A stretch of 63,942 nt of DNA, filler included, from Octopus bimaculoides (taxonomy: Eukaryota): NCBI RefSeq assembly GCF_001194135.2. It is 11 parts of 8 records of this genome, joined end to end, with 100 filler letters (N's around TTAATTAATTAA, not from the genome) between each part and the next. Parts side by side here need not be neighbours in the genome. Positions count along the whole stretch, not along the records: positions 52,027 to 62,098 come from NC_068995.1; positions 62,199 to 63,942 come from NC_069002.1; 9 more parts are not named here. One strand, given 5' to 3'. The translations under genes were made by a program, and so were the position numbers. The notes beneath the pieces are model-generated. The model saw nothing but the letters and a program-made list of their open reading frames with translations. It did no database searches and had not been told where the DNA came from. The first letter of the stretch is position 1. Every line of letters begins with the position of its first letter. Below, piece after piece: positions 53,048-63,942 of this stretch.

Positions 53048-54136
53048 CAGAGAGAGAGAGAACAACAAAAAGAAGTATGTCGTATATATTNNNNNNNNNN
53101 NNNNNNNNNNNNNNNNNNNNNNNNNNNNNNNNNNNNNNNNNNNNNNNNNNNNNNNNNNNNNNNNNNNNNNNNNNNNNNNNNNNNNNNNNNNNNNNNNNNN
53201 NNNNNNNNNNNNNNNNNNNNNNNNNNNNNNNNNNNNNNNNNNNNNNNNNNNNNNNNNNNNNNNNNNNNNNNNNNNNNNNNNNNNNNNNNNNNNNNNNNNN
53301 NNNNNNNNNNNNNNNNNNNNNNNNNNNNNNNNNNNNNNNNNNNNNNNNNNNNNNNNNNNNNNNNNNNNNNNNNNNNNNNNNNNNNNNNNNNNNNNNNNNN
53401 NCGGCGGCCGTGGTGATGGTGATGGTCATGGTGATGAAGATGGTGATGGTGATTGTGATGCTGGTGGTAATGGTGGTGGGACTTGGTACTCTGGTGATTC
53501 TGGCATTGATGTGCTTTGGCGAAGACAATCTTGACCATTACTGGACAACAAAATGAATTAATCGTACAGATATTATATTTAAACAGCTTTTAACTGGCCG
53601 CAACATTGCTACAAGGAATTATTGTTGTTGTTGCTGTTGTTGTTGTTGTTGGTGTTGTTGTTGTTGGTGGTGTTGTTGTTCTTGTTCTTTTTCTTCTTCT
53701 TGATGACAATGATGATGTTGTTGTTGTTGCTCTTCTTGATGATGAAGAGGAGGTTGTTGTTGTTGTTCTTGTTCTTCTTGTTCTTCTTCTTCTTCTTCTT
53801 CTTCTTCTTCTTCCCTTTCTTCCTCTTCTTCTTCTTCTTCTTCCCTTACTTCCTCTTCTTCTTCTTCTTCCCTTTCTTCCTCTTCTTCTTCTTCTTCCCT
53901 TACTTCCTCTTCTTCTTCTTCTTCCCTTTCTTCCTCTTCTTCTTCTTCTTCCTCCTCTTGTTCTCCTTCTTCTCTTAATGAGAATAATGTTACTGTTGTT
54001 CTTCTTCTTATTATTATTGATGATGATGCTGTTGCTGTTGTTCCTCTTCTTGTTTTTCTTCTCCTTCCCCTTCTTGTTCTAATCGATGATGATCATGTTG
54101 TGGCTGTTGTTCTTCTCTTCTTCTCCTTCTTAATGC

Positions 54137-54168
<32 letters not shown>

Positions 54169-55180
54169 TTCTTCCTTTTCTTCTTCTTTTGCTTGATGAT
54201 GATGATGATGTTATTGCTGATCCACTTCTTTCTTCTTGATGATGTTGTTGGTGTTGTTGTTTCTGTTGTTGTTTTTTTTGCCCAATCAATAACGATCAAC
54301 TATATGTACGACCAAAGGACTTCTGGATGCGACAACCGCCATCGACCGAGGACCTCGTTATCCATTACAGAGAGTAGGGAGGAGATCTGAATGGTTCTTG
54401 GCTGCCATTTCTAGAAGATCGATAGCTTGCCGTTGCCAGTGTTGTTGTCGATGTTTGTGGTGGTACAACTGGTAGGTGAGTTGGTAACAATCGTTGTGGC
54501 GGTAATAGTAATCTTGGTGGTGGTGGGGGGGGTCGGAAATTTAGTGATGGGTGTGAAATGTGTGCTTGTATGTGTGTGTGTGTGTGTGTGTATGTGTGTA
54601 TGTGTATGTTGGTGTTGCTTTTGTATGTTTCCTTGGTGCTCCAGTGGTAAAACGGGAACGTTGATGATGATACTGAGGAGGAGGAGAAGGAGGAGGAGGA
54701 AATATCAGATGAAGGAGAAACAGAGGAAGGAAGTAGGGGTGGAGGGGTAAAGTAGGGGTGGAGGGGTAANNNNNNNNNNNNNNNNNNNNNNNNNNNNNNN
54801 NNNNNNNNNNNNNNNNNNNNNNNNNNNNNNNNNNNNNNNNNNNNNNNNNNNNNNNNNNNNNNNNNNNNNNNNNNNNNNNNNNNNNNNNNNNNNNNNNNNN
54901 NNNNNNNNNNNNNNNNNNNNNNNNNNNNNNNNNNNNNNNNNNNNNNNNNNNNNNNNNNNNNNNNNNNNNNNNNNNNNNNNNNNNNNNNNNNNNNNNNNNN
55001 NNNNNNNNNNNNNNNNNNNNNNNNNNNNNNNNNNNNNNNNNNNNNNNNNNNNNNNNNNNNNNNNNNNNNNNNNNNNNNNNNNNNNNNNNNNNNNNNNNNN
55101 NNNNNNNNNNNNNNNNNNNNNNNNNNNNNNNNNNNGATGATGATGAGATTGATGATGGTGCTGGTGTTGATGATGATGAC

Positions 55181-55220
<40 letters not shown>

Positions 55221-55737
55221 GTGATGATGGTGATGACGATGATGGTGATGATTGCAGTGATGAAGACGGCGACGATAATTATAACGATGCTGACGAACCC
55301 GACGACAATGAACATGACAATGACGACGGGAAGAAGGACGACGGTGTGAAAGACGACAGCACAAACGATGACGGTTGTAATGAGGAGAACGATGACGACG
55401 ACGACGGCGATGACGATGACGATGACGACGACGATGATGGATCTGGTGTTAATGAAGACGATCGCGGTGACGATAAAATAACGAAGGCAATGGCGAACAC
55501 TAGGATCATAATCGTGATGACGGTGATGATGATGACGATGATGATGGTGATGATGAGGATGGTGAGGATGATGATGATGCTGCTGATCTTCATTGCCTTC
55601 ATCATCAACATCATCATCAATACAATTATCGTTATCGTTATCATGAACATGATGAAACTTGGATAATAGCAAGTTTGATAAACGAGATCTTTGATACAGT
55701 TTTGATATTATATTATTTTGCCATTCCGTTATTATTA

Positions 55738-55814
<77 letters not shown>

Positions 55815-56080
55815 GATGTTGCTGATGTTTGTTTAGTTTTCTCTGGATGATGGGGTGTGCTTTACGTTTTGGTTTGTTTATTTTAGTTTTATTTATTTAT
55901 TTAATTATTTAATTATTTAATTATTTGTTTATTTATTACCTTGTTCTGTTTTTCTTTCATTATAGAAAATTTCATTTGGATTCGAAACCCTTTAATTAGG
56001 GACTTTGAATATTGCTTGCTTTCATTAGGAAATTTGAAATTTAAAACGGAAGAAGCAAAATAATAATAATAACAATAATG

Positions 56081-56151
<71 letters not shown>

Positions 56152-56211
56152 CACAATACCACCACCACCACCACCACCACCACAAACAACAACAACAACA
56201 ACAACAACAAC

Positions 56212-56273
<62 letters not shown>

Positions 56274-56290
56274 TAATCAAATTTAAGAAA
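52027..56290. repeat. Large mosaic of triplet repeats (GGT, GAT, GAC, GTT, CTT, ATT, AAT, ACC) with gaps
   Basis: Seen directly; produces the long low-complexity ORFs on both strands. Confidence 0.93.
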
Positions 56291-57061
56291 AAACAGCCAA
56301 GCAACCCAGACAAATAATAAAAGTGAATTTAGTGGTCATTTGAAATAAAAGAGAGGAGAAATGGTGGACAGCCGGTTTCATCTCTGTTACTGTTTCATTA
56401 ATCTTTGGAACGGTATGTTGCTGACAGAACAAAGTGGGACACTGAAAGAGCTATGCAGAGAGTGAGGGTTGGACATTAGACACAGAAATAAGTGACAGAT
56501 AGAGTGTGTGTGTGGGGGAGGGAAGAACACGTGAGAGAGGAAGAGTGAGAGATAAAAAGATTAAGGGTAAGAGAGAGAGAAATAATAAGGTTTTCAGTAA
56601 AGGAATCACGTGTTTCGGAAACCATGTTATTGTATAGAAGTACACCGCTTCCATAATCAGAGACCTCACTTGAAACTGCTCTTTGTACACGGCCAACTGT
56701 AGCCAGATCATGTTGTACGTGACCAACAACAGCAACAACAAGTGTAGTAATGACGACAGTGATATCGACAACTTCAGCAACAATGACAACATGTCGGCTA
56801 GTGAAATATGGTGGACGTCAGTTAAGGTTAAGGCGTCGTGGTGGGAAAGCAGGAAGTCGAGAAGGCGGGGAGACACGATAGAAATGGAATTATAAAGAAC
56901 TGGAATTGCACGGTCACTTTTAGTTCTTGGGTGGGTCTCATGACCGAGAGCCCGTCGTGAATGGATTTGCTGGATAATGTGTGATCCGAAGATACATACA
57001 GCATCGTCATAGAGCATCATCATTTCTGCATCATCATTTGTACTGAGCATCATCATTTGTA

Positions 57062-57178
57062 CTAAGCTTACAAAGAACAAGTCCTGGGGTCGATTTGTTA
57101 GACTAAAGGTGGTGCTCTAGCATGGCCACAGTCAAATGACTGAAACAAATAAAAGAATAAAAGAATAAAAGAATCGAA
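57062..57178 (+). mobile_element. SINE family D 3' tail
   Basis: aagcttacaaagaacaagtcctggggtcgatttg...catggccacagtcaaatgactgaaacaaataaaag(aataaaag)n. Confidence 0.85.
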
Positions 57179-58371
57179 TAAGTATTTAGGTCCACAGACT
57201 AAAGTAAGGATCACAGGGGTTTCATAGCAAGAAAGGTTTGAGAACCACTGATCTATTGTAATTTGAAGAGATTTCGGTTCCTGCAGTCGAACGGTCCCTG
57301 CAATTTGCTGGTAAGTTTAAAAGGCTGAGGTTTCAGTATATTTTGAGGGTGACATATTTGATATCTTTACCACATTGAGAAAAAAGGGATATATTTTTAG
57401 CAGAGCCTGTGACCTGTTTTATTCCGCAAATTTGACTGCTCTTTTCAGCAGTGTTGACGGACCATTAACATTTCAAAGAAAATTTAACTGGTCAACGGAC
57501 GACTGTAAAATGATGGGGACTTGGATGCTATATTTACCAAATTAAGTTGAGTAGTTTAATTAGAAATTAATTTCCAGTTAATATTAAAAGGTTAAGAAAT
57601 AACTGCCGTTCACACAGAGATTTAACTGCTATTTTTAGCAGGAGAATCGAACACTGTGCTTTCCACGCAATGAGCAGGACATCAGTCTCGCCTCATATCC
57701 TTTGCAATATTGTTGCTATATTTCTCTGTGCTTCTTGTTTTATTTCCTATCTTCTATGTCTTCTCGGCCCTGTTAATTTAAATACAAACTTGTTAGTTAG
57801 CCATATATACAGCAAGCAGTCTTAATTAAATTAGCTATCTATTTATCAAATGTTAAACATACATATATCTGTATGAAAGGTGGGTGACAGGCGTTCAGGA
57901 ACGAGAAGGGTGTTGGTGACGGAAGGATGCGGAGATACAATAAGGGAGATAATGAAGAAGAAGAGGCTGTGCGTAATGGCCTTGCTTAGGATTATCTATC
58001 AAATATCGCACAGTGTGTATTTCTGCACGGCTTTCTCATGTTCATATTTCTCGCTTCTATGGTTTCATGGACTTCTTCCACATAAGAATGGTATCGTAAC
58101 AGCGAAATACCATCATACTGTTAGGGAGTGGGAGTCTTTATACCAATGTAATTACAATAATGGGTTTTGGCAACTGGTAAATGGACAGGTCAAGACCTCT
58201 CTATCATATGCATGAATATAATGCTTGGCGCTTTTTGTTTTTGCACTTATTTTGATGTGTTTGTGTTGGTGTTGGTGTTTGTGTGTGTTTTTCTTCTTTT
58301 TCTTACCTGGTTTTCCTTTATAAATATCAATGCCTTGAGCCCGCTAGATGAAATCGATATGTACGCATAAA

Positions 58372-58412
<41 letters not shown>

Positions 58413-58563
58413 GCATACATATCACACACAAGACACTCTCACAAGTACACACAAATGAGCAAACAAACACACACAGGTATATATATATATACATATATAT
58501 TTATATATGTATATGCGAATATAAATATATATATGCATGCGTATAAAAGTATGTGTGTGTGTT

Positions 58564-58638
<75 letters not shown>

Positions 58639-58832
58639 ATATATATATATATAAATATATATATATAAATGAGGGCACCTACACAAATATAAGAACTTAC
58701 GTAATTTGCATGTATATGATTATATTTATGCATATATGCATAGATATATATATTTATGTACTTACAGGCGTGTGTATATTAAATATTGCTTGTTTATGTG
58801 TGTATGCGTATATTATGCATTTATACACACTC

Positions 58833-58865
<33 letters not shown>

Positions 58866-59669
58866 GAGATAGATGTACCTGCTCATACCTGTATGTAAAT
58901 GCCTGTTCATACATCTTTATATTCTGTTATGTATGTACCTATGAGTGTGTTAATATGTATATCCATGAGGGTTTAATATATAATATTGTAACGGTGTCCA
59001 ATTTTTGTATTCAAAATTTCTGAACGTTATTTTAACTAAGACATGCATTGTAATTTCAGATTGCCTCAGATAACGTAATTATGCTGAAGCGATGCACAAG
59101 GGAACGGGCATGAATACCACTGTATACGCACTAACAGCTCATCTCTACTGATCAAATTATCACTTTTTTGTAGAAATGTTCTCTTTAGAATATCATACAT
59201 ATACATATTCTTGCCTATAAGACGATTATATTCGTTTTCTGAATCGCTTTCACTTGCACTAGTCTTGCACACACCATTACTAGTAGTTTCGATCACTGAT
59301 TCACAAGTGCTCGTAGACGCACTTGTAGATTTCTTTTTTCAAAAAACAATTCTAGGGTTGTTTGTTCTCTGTAAATTTCTCAGTAAGAAGCAGAAGCATT
59401 TGTTATTGCAATCAAATTTTGGAAACTTCGTTCAAACATTTGAATCTTGTGTTTGAAAACTAAAACTAGTAAATCGAGGGTCTCGTAAAGCGAGCCCTCG
59501 TAAAGTGAAGTATTACAGTAATACTATTTCTAGACGTGTGCCAATTTCAGTTTCCAAGTGTTTGAAAGTGCTTCGAACACATCGGCATATCACATTTGTT
59601 CTGACTATATGGGTGTGTTTGTGTGTGTGTGTGTGTGTGTTAATGCGTGTATGGCTGTGTATGTGAACA

Positions 59670-59990
59670 GAGGCGTAGCTTCTGTAATTTGTTTAAGCGC
59701 TGCGTCTTTTCTATGTGTGGACAAGATTTTAATTTCTATGTTGTTGAGTGAGCCTCCGTCTTCCTGCTCAGCGTGCTGGTACAGAACTGATGAGCTCTTC
59801 TCTTCATTAAGTTCCCTCCAATCCTCATTTACCCGCTCTCCTATGCTCCGTGCTGTTTCCCCTACGTACGTCGTTGTCTTGTTACTGCATCATGCCTCTG
59901 CACATCTTATACCATAGACCACATTTCTGGCTTTACAGTTTGTTTGTGGGCTAAATCTACAAACAGTCGAGTTCCTATCAGTGCAGGGGG
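59670..59990 (-). pseudogene. Penelope-like element GIY-YIG endonuclease fragment
   Basis: Minus-strand translation NCKARNVVYGIRCAEA*CSNKTTTYVGETARSIGERVNED...KSSSVLYQH...IKILSTHRKDAALKQITEA. It is not in the ORF track because of a stop. Confidence 0.88.
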
Positions 59991-60241
59991 TTCTACTAAA
60001 ATGAATAAAAAATATTTAAAAAATTTTAAATATTAAAAATTAAACGAACATGTACTAACAGGGGATACAGATAATACAGGCACTCCCCATACACACACAT
60101 GCACTTACAAAACATAGACAAACATAGACACACATAGAGTGCTACGCATGCGCATATATAGACACATACAATAGGAATACAAAATACAAAATTGCTGATC
60201 GTTAGGATGGAGGGACACACATATAAGAAAGAAGAAAGCAA

Positions 60242-60288
60242 AGGACCACTAATGAAGTCACAGAAGTGTGACGAAAGAACTCTGGCCT
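60242..60288 (+). ncRNA. Type I hammerhead ribozyme-like motif with G5A change
   Basis: AGG(A)CCA/UGGCCU stem I, CUAAUGA, 5-bp stem II GUCAC/GUGAC, GAA, AG-AA-CU stem III, C17. Confidence 0.58.
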
Positions 60289-60387
60289 AAATACAATTAA
60301 TGTAATATAAGGCTGAAGCAAATTAACACCAAATATATAGTGCGGGTGTTTTTATTGGCTAAACTGGCAACATGACCATCCCCAAAT

Positions 60388-60420
<33 letters not shown>

Positions 60421-60951
60421 NNNNNNNNNNNNNNNNNNNNNNNNNNNNNNNNNNNNNNNNNNNNNNNNNNNNNNNNNNNNNNNNNNNNNNNNNNNNNNNN
60501 NNNNNNNNNNNNNNNNNNNNNNNNNNNNNNNNNNNNNNNNNNNNNNNNNNNNNNNNNNNNNNNNNNNNNNNNNNNNNNNNNNNNNNNNNNNNNNNNNNNN
60601 NNNNNNNNNNNNNNNNNNNNNNNNNNNNNNNNNNNNNNNNNNNNNNNNNNNNNNNNNNNNNNNNNNNNNNNNNNNNNNNNNNNNNNNNNNNNNNNNNNNN
60701 NNNNNNNNNNNNNNNNNNNNNNNNNNNNNNNNNNNNNNNNNNNNNNNNNNNNNNNNNNNNNNNNNNNNNNNNNNNNNNNNNNNNNNNNNNNNNNNNNNNN
60801 NNNNNNNNNNNNNNNNNNNNNNNNNNNNNNNNNNNNNNNNNNNNNNNNNNNNNNNNNNNNNNNNNNNNNNNNNNNNNNNNNNNNNNNNNNNNNNNNNNNN
60901 NNNNNNNNNNNNNNNNNNNNNNNNNNNNNNNNNNNNNNNNNNNNNNNNNNN

Positions 60952-61018
<67 letters not shown>

Positions 61019-61118
61019 TATTAATGCCTGTTTTAAGTAAAGATATATCTAAGCAAGTTGTACATTAAGTTCAATGATCACGGAATACTTTTCAGTGGAG
61101 TAAGATTTATATTAAATT

Positions 61119-61166
61119 CTACCGTGCGTTCGAAGTTTCTGCTTAATAGCCGTCATCAGACTGTAG
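61119..61166 (-). ncRNA. Degenerate type I hammerhead ribozyme-like motif
   Basis: CUACAGU/ACGGUAG stem I (6 of 7 pairs), intact CUGAUGA and GAAA, GGC-UAUUAA-GCA stem II, near-palindromic CUUCGAA stem III. The U16 position is mutated. Confidence 0.52.
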
Positions 61167-62053
61167 GTCATTAGACTAGCAAGACGAAGCTTGAAATCCC
61201 GAGTAGCCTTTCATGTAATGTTTGTAATATATATAAATATATATATGTATGTATGTATAATCTACATGGCACTTGCCTGTGGGAGTTGGGTGAGGGTTCT
61301 GAGATTATTAAAGCTGGCTACGCTGAAAGTAATAGATGCCCTAAACGGGCAGCTAGTGCATCGCAGAGTTGAATCGAATGTGACGTTTATAACCCTGTTC
61401 AACTCAGCATGTTTCAGAAAAGCGGAAATGAAATGCCTTTAATATCTGAGCCACCGTTTATATATATGTGTGTGTGTATGTTTGTGTGGGGGGAAAGGTC
61501 TTATGAATATATGCATGCACACACTCACACACGCACACACACACATACATATATAATCATATATGTATATTATGTGTGTATATATCTATATATATATGAT
61601 TATGTAACTGTATACATTAACTGATAAATACGAATATATATTTACGCACACAAACACATTTATACATGCATAGACACACACAAACATATTTAATCATATA
61701 TTTCATTACAAATATACATATATACATAGAAATGTATCTATAGCCATTTACGTACGTGCGTACAAAATTACATACAAACATACACACACGCACACGCACA
61801 CGCACGAATATGAACGCATATCAGTTTTAGAGTTACTTTCTTAAACACGGATGACGTATGTCTTTTCGTATTTAATATTATATTTGCAGGACATTCCATG
61901 AACATTTCATGCATCTCACCTCATGCAGGGAGGACAGAATTCGTTATTAAATCTATGCTCTAAGATTGAATTCTTCCTGTATGTTGACGTCATGTACGCG
62001 CATGCACTTTTATAGCAATATATATTTTGCATGTATTAGTGTGTGTATGAGTT

Positions 62054-62098
<45 letters not shown>

Positions 62099-62198
62099 NN
62101 NNNNNNNNNNNNNNNNNNNNNNNNNNNNNNNNNNNNNNNNNNTTAATTAATTAANNNNNNNNNNNNNNNNNNNNNNNNNNNNNNNNNNNNNNNNNNNN

Positions 62199-62510
62199 GT
62201 GGTGGTGGTGCTGGTGCTGGTGGTGGTGGTGGTGGTGGGTGATCGTGGTTTTGCTGGTGGTGGTGTTGGTGTGGATGATGTGGTTGGTGTTGTTGACTGT
62301 GCGGGATGTTGTCATTATTACTGTTGCTACCATCATCGTTATTGTTGTTGTTATTATAATAGTTATTTCTGTTTCGTATGCGTGTTGTTGTTATAGTTGT
62401 TTGGGTGAGGAATGTTGTGGTTGTGGTTGTCATTTTTGCTATTGTTATTGTCACTATTGTTGTCATCAACACCGCTATTGTTATTGTTGTTGTTGTTGTT
62501 GTTGTATTGT
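62199..62510. repeat. (GGT)n/(GTT)n degenerate triplet region
   Basis: Seen directly. Confidence 0.93.
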
Positions 62511-62579
62511 CCTAACCTCCATCTTAATTATAAGAACGTTTTTTCAATTTCAGACAATCAATCTTTCTGACCCTTTTCA

Positions 62580-62890
62580 TTTATTGCGAATTTTGGTTGT
62601 AAATCTAAAGCATGCTGTCAAAATTAACATAGCTACCCGACAGCCCCACTTCGTTAAAACATGCATCCTCTCCAAGTTATCCGCGAAATCTGTCAATTTG
62701 GCTGTCAAACGGCTAGGACTCACGGAGCACCAAGCAAGAAAACTAAAACATAGAATGTTACAAAACATGATATAGAAAATATGCATAGAAATCAACCAGT
62801 ACCAAAAACGAAAGAGAGTCCTGCTGCATGAATTAAAAACACCGCTACACCACAAGAAGTGGATGGAACAGCAACAACGACGATCCCAGC
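62580..62890 (+). pseudogene. Possible N-terminal region of a Penelope-like ORF
   Basis: PHFVKTCILSKLSAKSVNLAVKRLGL...KLKHRMLQNMI*KICIEINQYQKRKRVLLHEL is basic/helical and resembles PLE N-termini. It lies on the same strand as the downstream GIY-YIG fragment. Confidence 0.4.
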
Positions 62891-63554
62891 ATGGTAAGAA
62901 TCAATACAAAAATCCAAACAATATCGACGAGATAAACAAACGACATAACGTATACTGAATGTAAAAACGAACAGGAGACAAACAGAAGGTCCGTAATTCT
63001 TCATCAGTTATCGACTAATTGGTAATATTCAGTTTCGCACCTTTAACGATAAGACTGAGCGCTTCCCAATTGGCGGTGCCCGCAAAATTTTTTTTGTTGC
63101 GGAGAGTTAGGAACGAGAACAAACAAAACAAAACAAGCAAAATGACACAGTGTGTGGTTTAGGACGATTGACAAGGACTAACAGTCGAACAAAATACGGC
63201 CTTGAGGCCAAGGAGAGGGGAATAGTGGGTAACGCTTAGAAAATGTAATATAATGTACTGTTCCGTGATAGAAAATTCAACAAAGAAGTAGTCCATCTGG
63301 TGAGAGGTAAGTATCATTTATCTAAGGGTCACAATATATGTATTAAAGCAGCGCTACTAATAGTTTCCTATGTTGAGAAAACTCAAGCATATTCTTCAGG
63401 TGCGAACCACATATGATAACACATATCAAATTCACCTTCACATAGTCCAATAAAGGTCTTCTTATTAGTTGTATTATTATTTAGTGTTATAGTAATTACT
63501 GCCTCATACATGATAGATTTTAGTTACGGAATCCTAAATAATGATGCAACTCAT

Positions 63555-63735
63555 AAGAAGACCTATTCTCGATTAAGTAAAGGTGAATTTAAAAATCGCT
63601 ATGCGAATCACGTAGCCTCCTTCCGACATAGGGACAAAATAAAGCTGCTAAGTGGGCTAACTACGTATGGAGTTTGAAAGATAACGAAACACCGAATGTG
63701 ATTAAATGGAAAGTAATTGAGAAATCCATATCTTA
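63555..63735 (+). pseudogene. Penelope-like GIY-YIG endonuclease C-terminal half
   Basis: KTYSRLSKGEFKNRYANHVASFRH, then (frameshift) KWANYVWSLKDNETPNVIKWKVIEK. This fits the YIG.T...FK.RY.NH..SF...L..Y.W.LK....I.W pattern. Confidence 0.75.
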
Positions 63736-63942
63736 AATTTCGCCTATCCCTGAATGACTTGATATCTTTCCAACCTTATCATTTCAAGTCTAAGGAGGAT
63801 AGTTCCTTTACTTTTTACTCTTAACTTTTTACATTTTCGTTTTCTGTTGTTTACTTAGTGCGTTTTATATATCCTGCCTCCTCAGTTCTTTTTCATTTCT
63901 CCTATTCAATTATTTTATTTCGTTATGATATGTGGTTTGCGC

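Noticed and set aside
56451-57080. 209-aa minus-strand ORF, the longest without Ns
   Set aside because: It is built from reverse-complemented purine-rich and triplet low-complexity DNA, starts at a non-ATG codon inside a SINE tail, and has no recognisable motif.
57880-58215. 111-aa ORF, and the 76-aa ORF at 59066-59296
   Set aside because: No start context, splice support or recognisable domain; length is within chance expectation.

Overview
About 64 kb of AT-rich, repeat-saturated animal DNA. It is most likely an octopus draft scaffold; this is inferred from the SINE families, the extreme microsatellite load and the gap style. It has 22 N-gaps (~4.6 kb), ten of them 100-nt spacers carrying an artificial TTAATTAATTAA. 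No host protein-coding gene can be supported: nearly all ORFs in the track are read-throughs of microsatellites or Ns. The recognisable coding relics are all transposon-derived: a pogo/Tigger transposase, a maT/DD37D-like Tc1-mariner transposase, an internally deleted mariner, RTE-like LINE pieces (one with a 5' inversion), an R4/Dong-like RLE retrotransposon end, a Helitron 5' part and three Penelope-like (PLE) GIY-YIG fragments. There are also several tRNA-derived SINE families, a piggyBac-like and a Tc1/pogo-like MITE, and a possible solo LTR/promoter. The most striking unannotated signal is about a dozen hammerhead-ribozyme-like motifs of the minimal PLE type. Five lie in a six-copy, (TA)n-anchored, non-coding element family, with covarying stem II and a palindromic ACGU stem III. 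Others lie antisense and just upstream of each PLE endonuclease fragment.
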